The notes beneath the pieces are model-generated. The model did no database searches. It saw only the letters and a program-made list of their open reading frames with translations, and was not told where the DNA came from. A stretch of 64,000 nucleotides of DNA from Nageia nagi (lineage: Eukaryota; Plantae; Pinophyta): the NCBI GenBank assembly GCA_050084985.1, contig JBITNC010000002.1, positions 5,456,001-5,520,000 on the forward strand, given 5' to 3'. Numbering within the stretch: the stretch's first letter is position 1; every line of letters starts with the position of its first letter. Of the stretch, positions 53,561 to 64,000 are shown piece after piece. The position numbers and the translations under genes are program-made.

Positions 53561-56500
53561 AACAAAAAAAGAAAAAGTGTACATAAAGGTAAAAACTATA
53601 TAGCTAAAAGATCATCATATGAGTGAATTTATCATCATAAAAAATGAATTCAACAAGAATTCAAACTCCACTCCCCCTTGAGGGAAACTTCACCAACCCA
53701 AGAGAACCATGAAGCTTGCAAAATTGAGTTTCTAAAAGGGGCTTGGTGAACAAATCAATAGAGTTTTTGTTCGATGGGAAATATTGAAGCTACAAGGTGC
53801 CATTTAGAATTTTCTCCTTAATGAAGTGCATTTGGATTTCTACGTGCTTTAGTCTCTTATTGAACATAAGGTTTTTGCCAAAGTAATGGCAAACTAATTA
53901 TCTTAAAATATCAAGGATGGGATAACCTACTCATATCCAATTTATTTTAGAATATGCCTAAGCCAAATCACTTCCTAGGCTGCAATAGCAATAGATCTAT
54001 ATTATGCTTCTGTGGTAGACAAAGTGATTGTAGGATGCTTCTTAGAAGACCAAGAGATAGCACTTGATCCAATACTAAACACATACATTGAATTTTATTT
54101 TCTATCATCTCTATCACCCCATAGTCAGAATTAGAGAACCTTGAGAGAATAAAAGAGGGCAACTTGATAAACTTGAGGGCAAGATCCTTTATGATTTCAA
54201 TATACCTCAAAATTTTCTTAGTAGCATGAAGATGGTCAACATAAGGCTTATGCATAAACCTTGCCATCGTATTCACTGCATAGGTAATATCTGGTCCAGA
54301 GATAGTTAAATAAAGAAGACTACTAATAAGTTGCCTGTACTTTGTAACATCTACCAATTGAGAGTTTAAGCTAGTCTCAAGCTTGATTCCAGGAGCAACA
54401 AGAGTAGCCACATGCTTACACTCTTCTATTCCAAACTTCTATGAAATATCTTAGATATATTTGGACTGACTTAGATAGGTATGATCATTACATTGATACA
54501 CTTACATACCAAGGTAGTAGTGCAAGTGACCAAGATCAATTATCTTATATTCTACCTTAAGTTTGGTTATGCACTCATTTATGATCACCATATTATTATT
54601 CATGATCAAAAGATCATCCACATAGAGAAGAATTAAAACTAAATCCTTTTCTTCATTGAGCACATAAAGATCTAAATCTGAGTAGCATTTGAAGAACCCA
54701 AGAGTCTAAAAATACCTTGAAATCTTATTGTACCAAGCTCTTGGTCCTTGCTTAAGTCCATTCAAATAATTTTTTAGCTTGTATGCATAGGATTCTTTTA
54801 CTTGCATAATAAACCCTTCTGGTTGAATCATAAAGATTTCAACATCTAATTCATCATTGAGAAATACACTCTTTACATCAAGCTAAAGTACCTTCAAACC
54901 TTAAGCTATTGAAAGGAAAAGGATCAATTTGATCATAGCCATCTTTGCTACTCGTGCAAAGGTTTCCTCATAATCAATTCCATACTTTTGAGTGAAACCC
55001 TTACCAACCAATCTTATCTTATATTTCTTAATTTCACATTCTGAATTGTACTTGATCTTATAGGTCCATTTGTTTTCAATTATATTCTTTGAGGATAAAT
55101 TTGGAACTAAGTTCCAAATTTTATTTTTCATAAGCATCTCATACTCCAACTTCATAGCATCCATCCTTGACAAGAATGTTTAGATGCCTCCTTAAAGGTT
55201 GAAGGCTCATTATGATTGTTGATTTTAGCAAGGAGAGACTTATTCAAAGTCATGCTTTTAGTTATCCTATGAGTTGGAGAATTTTGCTCTTGATACAAAT
55301 TATCTGAAGAGATATTAACCACTTAGGAATTTTTAAAGAATCTTCAAACACTTCACTTGAAGAAGAGCTAATAGGAACCTCATTGAATTTAACATCCTTT
55401 GAAATAAAAATTACTTTTACTAAAGGAGAGTAGAGCGTATAGCCTCTATGTTGACTGTCATAACCCATAAAAATGTATTTTTCTTACTTATTATCCAACT
55501 TCTTCTTTTCTCAAAAACTATGAAGGAAAATGCTTCACATCCAAAGATATTTAAATGAGAGGTATTAGGTTTCTTTCTTGTTAATATCTTGTATGGATTT
55601 TTCCCTTAAATTGCTTTTATGGAACACCTATTCAAGGTGTAGATAGCAGTGCTAACAACTTCACCCCATAAAAACTTAAGAAGGTTTTCCATCATGCATC
55701 TAGCCATCTTCATTATATTCCTATTCTTTCTTTCTGTAACACCATTTTGCTACTAAGTATAAGGGATAGTAAATTACCTTTTGATCCCATGCTTTGCATA
55801 AAAGTCATTGAGCTTATTATTTACATATTCACCTCCATTATCTGACCTTATCATCTTGATCTTTAGATTGATTTGATTTTCAACTAATGTCATGAACTAT
55901 ACAAAATTCATCCTACTAAAGTCATCAATAAAAGTAAGGACATAAGATGCTCCTCCAAGAGACTTAGATTGAAAAGGACCCATCAAATTTGAGTGAATCA
56001 ATTAGAGAGGTTGAGATTCCCTAGTTGCCTTATCTTTCTAAAATTTCTATCTTTTCATCTTCCCTAAGATGTAATTTTCATAAAGGCCAATGGAGGGTGA
56101 AATAAGAGGCAATCCTTTCACAAGATCTTGATTCTTAATGAGTTGAATACTCTTATGGTTTAGGTGGCCTAAACCTTGATGCCAAAGGTTACCTTTAGAA
56201 CAAAAATTTGAGGCAAGGCATAATTTAGTAGGCACTTGATCAACTATGTAAAGGCCATTCTTAACCGATCCTTTTATCAAGATGGCAAACCCTTTCTTTA
56301 AACTCTAAGAGTTCGAAGTGAACTCCAAGGTATATCCCTTTCTTACAATTTGAATAACTAACAAAAGATTCATCCCTAACTTAAGCATGAAGAGCATACT
56401 TTTAATCAGCTTTCCATGCATCAAGATGCTTCCAATCCCCTTGAACTTCTAGTATAGAGTTATCACCTATTACTACCACATCTTTTCTATGTGAAATTTT

Positions 56501-58634
56501 TCAAACTTATTCCTTTCAAATCTCATATGATTAATGAAAACTAAATCTACAACCCAATCATTTGTAAAAGTATGATACTTGAAATAAAAATCATAAATAT
56601 AAGCACCTTTGTATTTCTTCTTTCCTTTGAATTTGTTCACATTATTTTTGCCTTTGCCATTTTCCTCCCTCTTTTTTCTAGAAGCAATGGTTCTCTTTGT
56701 GACCATAGATTTCATAATAGTTAAAATTTTCATCAAAATTTTCCTTAGGTATATAAGTTTTGTTTGACTTTCTTTTGTGATCATGATGATTGTTGTCATA
56801 CTTCCTTACATTTCTCTTAAGATGAGCATGAAGGATCTTCTTATGATTTTTGAACTTCTTCTTGAAGTGAGTTGACTTAGTTGCACCTAAGGAAATATTT
56901 TGCTCCTTTAGAGAAGAAATAAACACTTTCTTCTTAATGATCTTTTCATGCTTCAAGAGAAGTTTAGAAAGATTCTCTAAAGAGAAGACTTCCTCTTCAT
57001 CATAAAGCCTAATCTCAATAATAGTCACAAAGTGATTAAACTTAATTGAGAGGCTTTGCAAGATGATAAACACTATGAATACATCATTGATCCAATTACA
57101 TGCACAACTTACAAGCTGATTCCTAAGATCAATAATCTCATTCAAGTAGATTACCACACCTTCATCCTCCTCTTGACCAGATTGCAAGAATTTTTGAAGG
57201 ATGGTAAACCTCCTTAAAAAATTTGACCCAAGGTATATCTTTTTAAGCCTATCCCAAGCTTCTTTGGTAGATGTTGAGGTCGAAATCATGAGAAGAACTT
57301 CATCTAAAACTACCCTAAAGATCATAGAAGTTACTAACTCATTCTTGTTGTTATAGACCTCCAATGCTTTAGCTTCAGTTAGAGCGACTTGATTCTCACT
57401 CACTATTTTCTAGAGCTTGCATGCTTGAAGCTCTAGTTTCATCCTTGGTTCCTAAATACCATAATTAGAACTATTAAGGATGTACTTAGGTGCAAAATAA
57501 TCTTCCATTTCTACAAAAGAAAGGTTAATTGATTAAAGTATAACAAGTATCAACATACGATTTTCTAATCATAATTGTAAGTAGCAAAAATATTCAACCA
57601 TGTGATTAATAAAATATTTAACTAATCACCAAGCATCTAACTATCATAACAATTGCAAGTAACCAATTAATATAAACTAGTCATGTTTAATATTGTTGCA
57701 ATTGAAAGAAACTTGTATTAATTTGTAAAAAGAGATTGACAAGTTGTAGGTTAGTATCTTTGTTGGGTTAGTAAAATTGTAGTTAGTAAGTTGTAGGCTA
57801 GTGTTAGTAGGTTATAAGTCATATTAGTGCACTTGTTTAACCTTAAGTAGTTTGAAGGTTAGTAAGCCTAATCTACAATTGTAGTTAGCATTTGAGGTTA
57901 GTTTGTGTAGTTAGTATTTGAAGTTAGTGCACATTTTATCATTTCCTTAACTTAAATTAAGCATTTGTTGATTGTTTAACCACAAACAAGAAGGATAACC
58001 ACACATAACAAGGGTTAATAGTTTCCTTAATTTTGGGTTAGTTACATAACAAGGCTTTTAGGAGCTTTACAACATGATTAATATCAACACAAGTCTTAAC
58101 AACTTATCATGAAAGCGAGGTTAATCACCAACTTGCTTAAGGAATATTTACTTCAAGAGGAAGGGCCATTTCCTTAGACATAAATACATTGGAGTCCATT
58201 GTATAGTGAGTTTGAAAGTGAAGCATGCAGGCTATGAATTCATTCCTTTGTCTCACAAGGATTTTTTAGTTTTGTATTCATATTTTTTCTTCTTTGCTTT
58301 CTTCCAAAGCTTGTCCACCTTCTTATCAAGCACCTTCATTCTTGTAATAGGACTCCTTACTTTTCTATGCTTAGAAGACATCATAAATAAGACTCCTATT
58401 TTCATTTTAAAAAAAAAAGAGGTAAGGGAACAAAAAATCCATCATATATTACTTCTAAAAAAATAGCATCATTTATCCTCCCCTTTTTAAAAAAATAAAA
58501 TTCCAAAATCATATATCTAATTTGGAAGCAAATACCTCCCTCCTTTTTTTTAAAAAAAATCCATCACTCCTTTGAAAAATAAATAAATAAATAGAGTTAA
58601 ATAAAATTATTTAAAAAATATATATGCATAAATT

Positions 58635-58697
58635 CATACATATATACATACATACATACATACATACATACACATATATATATATATATATATATAT
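58635..58697. repeat. (CATA)n(TA)n microsatellite
   Basis: Seen directly. Confidence 0.95.
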
Positions 58698-59327
58698 TAA
58701 GGAGTATAATAATCTTCTAAAATAAAACTTTAAAAATTAATAAAGGCAAGACTCAACTTGCACTTCTTAGTAAAGTGTGCCCTCATTAAAGCATCAACTA
58801 ATCCTTACCAAAAAAATAAAAGCAAAGCTCAAGTTGCAGGTTGTTGTAAATACACAATATGTAACACATAATTAATTAAAAACTTTTGTACTATTTTAAA
58901 TTAATATACAAGGTTGAGGTAACAATATTTAAATATTTAGAACTACAACTTAAGTAATGGAGAGGGCATGGCCCAGCACATGCAACCTAGCACATGTGAC
59001 CTAGCATACGTAGCAATAAAGGGGGAGGAAGGAGGCCTAACATATGTGACAGATAGGAACTTAACTACTGTGGTGGAGAGGTTGCTCTACTGTTGCAATG
59101 GGGAGGTGCTCAAATGCTGAAGGGTTTCTTTGCAGTAGTGAGAAGAGAGGTAGAAAGGAGATCATAGGGAAGGGCCAATAAGCAAGGCATGATGAGGGAA
59201 GGCTCATTGTGGGAAAAACCAGCTAGAGCTAGGAGAGGGATAGCCATAGGGAATGGCAACCCGTGTGAGAAGAAGCTACTCTTTTCTACATGAAGATTCA
59301 TTTCAATCTAAAAAATGGGGAAGTCCA

Positions 59328-59798
59328 TGTTGGAAATTATAATGTAATATTTTTTTTTTAATGTAAATTCACTTAATACTTAAATTATATTTAGATACCT
59401 TAAAGCATTAAGAGAATAAATATAGAAAGAGGAATAAATATAGAAACACCTTTGACCTTACCCTTGGGTAAAAGGAAGGTTAAAAGCTAGATTTCTTCTT
59501 ATAAATAGAAAGGTACCCCTCTCATTATGTAACTTGATCAAGCATGGTAATGCTTGTCTTGTAGAGTTGTAGAAATGCTTTTGTAAGAGCTTTGTTAAGG
59601 ATTTGTATGAGAGTTATCTTGTGAGAAGTAATAGAATAATGGTTCAAAGTGGATGTACTCCCAAGAGATAGAGGAACCATTATACATGATGTATTATTTT
59701 TTGTGTGATTGATTATTACTTTTCTAGAAGGATGAATGTTAGATTTGTTAGAGAAGCTTCAAGGTGATCTTGGTTTATGGAATCCTTCAATTTCATCA
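59328..59798 (+). mobile_element. Solo LTR (471 bp) related to the copia family, inserted in the leader of element 2
   Basis: TGTTGGAA...TTTCATCA; perfect TSD GTCCA (59323-59327, 59799-59803); tataaatagaaagg TATA as in the 49116 and 52443 LTRs. Confidence 0.9.
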
Positions 59799-59834
59799 GT
59801 CCAAATGAGGTAGGGAAAAGCAAGGAGAGGGCTT

Positions 59835-62800
59835 TGAAGGAACTAACACTAACAAGATAATTTCTAATCAAACAAGATCACATGAAATCTCTCAATTCAC
59901 ATCTAACAAACTCACAAACAAGATAATCTCACAAAGTAACTCAAGATGTAAAGTGGTTCCTCCAACTAGGAGTACATCCACTAACTAGATCTTTACTTCA
60001 ATCACAAATACAACTCTCTTACAATTCTCCTAATATCAACCCCTATACTTCTATCCTATAGCATAAATTTACTTTACAATTGGTTTGTGATCACAAAGAG
60101 GGAGCCTTCTATTTATAGTCCAAAATCTCTCTTTGGATCACCCTTTTATCTAATGTACAAAAGCATGACATGCACATCCTTTTACCCAAGGGGCATGCTC
60201 ATGATATGGAGTGTAGAACAAGTTACATTATCATATTCACTTAAATACTTAAGATATCAAATGATACCTTTAAGTATTAGTGAATTTACATAGAAGATTT
60301 AATACAACCTTTACAATAATGCATTATACATTCCAACACTCCTCCTTAATGCAATATTGGGATAGAGCGAGTAAGAGAGAAGAAGAAGAGAAAGTAAGAG
60401 AGTTCTCCTACAAACAGATACAATGTAGATAAAATTGTTTTACATATTTGTGAACTTAAAAAGATCTAGTTTGAGACTCACTACTTTTTCAAATACAATC
60501 ATTAATCACAACCGATTTTAATGTACATGAAGTAGTCATCCAACTGGAAGTCATGAAGAGTCTTTGAGAGCCTGCATACTAGAGGTAAGTAACCTACAAT
60601 CTTAAAGGAACCTACAAGTCATTAGCATATCAAATAACAAGATTAGTTAGATGCATCATATTCATATCAACAAGTATATATGAATCACACAAATACCATC
60701 ATGAACTGATCAATGGTGCACTATAAGTCATCACAAAGATGCCATGCCAAAAACTCATAGTCACCTGCTATATATAAGACATGTGTTGATTATTATTACA
60801 AAATAGAGTAAGCACATACAAGTTCCTCACATATGGATAACTAAACAATGCCAAAATACACATAAGAATTTCTCACATATGGATGATTGAATAGTGCTAG
60901 ATTGGCTCAAAAATAGAGTATGCACATACGAGTTTTTCACATATGGATAATTGAATAGTGCCAAAGGACACATAAGAGTTTCTCACATATGGATAACTGA
61001 ATAGTGCTAGATTGGCCAAAAAATAGAGTATGCACATACAAGTTTCTCAAATATGGATAACTAAACAGTACCAAAAGACACATAAGAATTCCTCACACAT
61101 GGATAATTAAACAGTGTAAGATTGGTCAATTTGTACAACAAGTTCCTTATGTAGAGTGAACTTATCATGAAGGTGTACAACAAAATCAACATTATACAAC
61201 ATAAAATCCTCTTAGGGGTGAAGTTGTCATCATAAACATGATTTCAACATAAGAATTCAAACTTCACTCCCCCTTGAGGGCAACTTAACCAACCTGATAG
61301 CATCCCTTTGCTAATAGAATTGAGCTTCTAGGAGGGGCTTGGTGAATAAATCAGTAGAGTTCAAGGTGTATGGATAATACTTTAGGTGTATGATGCCATC
61401 AAAAACTTTCTCCTTGACAAAATAGGCATGGATTTCCACATGTTTTATTCTCTAATGGAACACTAGATTCTTAGCCAAAGAAATAATTGATTGATTATCT
61501 GAAGAGATCAAAGATGAGACACCTTGCTCATACCTAATTTCTTTTAGAAGATGCCTTAGCCAAATGGCTTATTAGGTTGCAACAGACATGAAATGATATT
61601 CAGCTTCTATGGTGGAAAGAGAAATAATAGGTTGCTTCTTGGAAGCCCAAGAGATAGCATATGAACCAATGCTAAACACATACGCAAAGGTTAACTTCCT
61701 ATCATATCTATCTCTCCCATAGTTAGAATCTGAGAATATAGAGAGAACAAATGAGGGCAACTTGAAACACTTGAGAGCAAGATCCTTAGTCCCTGCAACA
61801 TACCTCAAAATTTGCTTAACAACATTGAAGTGCTCAACATAGGGTTTTTACATGAATCATGCTATTAGATTCACTGCAAAGGTAATATCTGGCTTGGATA
61901 TAGTTGAATACAAAAGACTACCAATTAATTTCCTGTAAGCTGTAGCATTACCTAACTGAGAGTTGAAGCTGAGAGAAATAGTGATTCCAGAAGAGATTAT
62001 TATTGTAGCGTATCTGCACTCCTCCATTCCAAACTTCTACAAGATGTTTGATATATACTTAGAGTGATTAAGGTAAGTACAATCCTTGTATTGATACACT
62101 TGCATTTCAAGATAATAGTGTAAGAGACCAAGATCAATCATTTTAAATATTTCTTTAAGTTTGGATATGCACTTTTGAATGATTTCATCATTATTTCCAA
62201 TAATCAAAAGATCATCCACATAAAGGAGAATCAAGACCACATATGTTCTTTATTTGAGCACATATAGATTGAAGTTAAAAAATACTTAGAGAATCCAATG
62301 TCTGTAAAGTACCCTAAAATATTTCTATATCAGGCTCGAGGTGCTTGCTTAAGTCCATACAAAAACTTCTTTAACTTGTACACAAAGGACTCTTTACCTT
62401 CCACAATAAACCCTTCTAGTTGACTCATGAATATTTCTACATCTAATTCACCATTGAAAAATGCACTTTTGACATCAAGTTAAAAAACTTTCCATCCTTA
62501 AGCTATAAAAAGAGTAAGGATAACTTTTACAGTAGGCATCTTTGCCATGGGAGCAAAGGTTTTTTCATAATCTATACCATATTTTTAAGCAAAACCTTTA
62601 GCTACTAACCTTACCTTGTATTTCTCAATATCTCCTATTGAATTGAACTTGACCTTGTAGATCCATATATTGCCAATCAAATTCTTTTCATTGGGATAAG
62701 GAACCAAGTTCCAAGTTTTATTTTTTATAAGCACATCATACTCAACTTTTAAGGCTTCCATCTAGCACTCGTGCTTAAAATCTTCTTTGAAGGTTGAGGG

Positions 62801-64000
62801 CTCATGCTTGTTATCAATTTTGGCAATTAAAGATTTGTTCAAGGTCATGCTCTTTGTTACCCTTTGTGTTAGAGAATTTTATTCTTAAGGTGACTTATCT
62901 ACATCAATATCCAACTAGTTAGGAGTAACTGAAGAGTCCTCTATATCATCAACATCCTTGTTAGAAGTAGATTCTTCAAGAAGTTCATTGAACTTTACAT
63001 TCTTTGAAATGAACACTGCTTTATAGGTTGAAGAGTAGAGCTTGTAGCCTCTGTGCTAATTTTTATAACCCATAAAGATGCATTTTTTAACTCTTTTATC
63101 CAACTTCTTCTTTTTTTCAGAAATAATGTAGGAGAAAGCTTCACAACCAAACACCCTAAGGTAAAAAATGTTAGGTTTTCTTTCTAACCATGTCTCAAAA
63201 GGAGTTTTATGCTGAACAAATTTTGTGGAACACTTATTTAAGGTGTAAATAGTAGTTCTCATAGCTTCACCCCATAAGAACTTAAAAATATTACCCAACA
63301 TGCATCTAGCCATGTCCATAATTATTCTATTTTTCTTTTTGGCAACATCATTCTATTGAGGAGTGTAAGGAATCATAAATTGCCTCTTGATTCCATACTT
63401 AGCATAATAGTTATTTAACTCATTGCTATTATATTTTCCTTCATTATATGATCTCAACATCTTAATTTTAAAGTTAGTTTGATTTTCAACAAAGGCCTTA
63501 AAAACTTTAAAACTTTTAAAGGTTTGATCCTTGTGCTCAAGTAGATACCTAAAGGTCATCCTACTAAAGTCATCAATCAAGGTCAAGACATAATATGCTC
63601 TTCTAAGTGACTTAGTCTAAAATGAACCCATCAAATCTAAATGCACAAGTTGAAGAGGTTGAGATGTTCTTATTGCCTTATCTTTTTCAAACTTTTATCT
63701 ATGCATTTTGCCAAGAATGCACTTCTCGCATAAACTAATTGAAGGAGAAATTAAAGGCAAACCTTCTACAAGTTCTTGGTCTTTCATAACTTGAATACTC
63801 TTATAGTTAAGATGCTCTAAATGATTATACCAAAGATTACCTTTAGAACACACATTAGAAGCAAGACATATCTTTGATGGTACTTGATCCACAATATAGA
63901 GGTTATCTTTCATTGATTTTTTAACCAAAGGATTGAAATTTGAACTCAAAAGAGTACCATTTTTTTAAAAACTTGGATCATGGAGAAAAGGTTCATCTTT
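59835..64000 (-). mobile_element. Ty1/copia element 3: 3' LTR (59835-60338), PPT, 3' module, RH, RT, integrase; runs off the window
   Basis: LTR homologous to 49116-49620; FSDSNYG..DRK.T..Y.F...AISWASKKQ..ISLST.EAEY; ILLYVDDLLI; TLIDDFSR; PYTPQ. Confidence 0.93.
60800..61130. repeat. Higher-order tandem repeat (~110-bp dimer x3, 6 core copies) in the copia 3' module
   Basis: cacata..agtt.ctcacatatggataa.t.aa.agtg core with alternating short and long linkers. Confidence 0.9.

Larger units (their letters stand above)
52443..59834 (-). mobile_element. Ty1/copia element 2: 3' LTR (52443-52892), PPT, complete degenerate gag-pol (53690-57508) and long leader; 5' LTR not in window
   Basis: gag ATG at 57508, ORF 56678-57403 (AKEAWDRLKK-type); WVVD protease; NLWHQGLGHLN; RSDNGGEY; RT KWTYKIK/ILLYVDDL; YRQLISSLLYLT..PDITYAV. 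Confidence 0.92.

Noticed and set aside
60800-61130. CRISPR-like repeat-spacer appearance (also at 50100 and 53390)
   Set aside because: The spacers themselves repeat in alternation, the repeats are degenerate, there are no cas genes, and the context is a eukaryotic copia 3' region

Overview
AT-rich plant nuclear DNA, most likely from a conifer or other gymnosperm (inferred from the TE families, PPR style and intron expansion). There are two intact spliced genes on the + strand. (1) A 6-exon, 261-aa gene (658-14107) encodes a putative plastid thioredoxin-like [2Fe-2S] ferredoxin domain fused to TPRs. Its 8.6-kb intron 4 holds an antisense chromovirus-type Ty3/gypsy element (TSD TGGAT), itself interrupted by a solo LTR. 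(2) A compact 13-exon, 513-aa GH1 beta-glucosidase of the BGLU41 type (36945-39895). The rest is a PPR pseudogene fragment and layered, degenerate transposons. These include a pol-less Tat/Ogre-like element with a tRNA-Trp PBS and antisense PMD-gene sequence, a second intron-containing PMD pseudogene, five TSD-flanked solo LTRs, a CACTA end and LINE remnants. From about 46 kb to the end there is a four-deep nest of one Ty1/copia family. That family has a conserved splice acceptor just before the gag ATG and a doubled PPT flanking a repeat-rich module. I found no rRNA, tRNA or CRISPR. All coordinates were read by eye and no database search was run.
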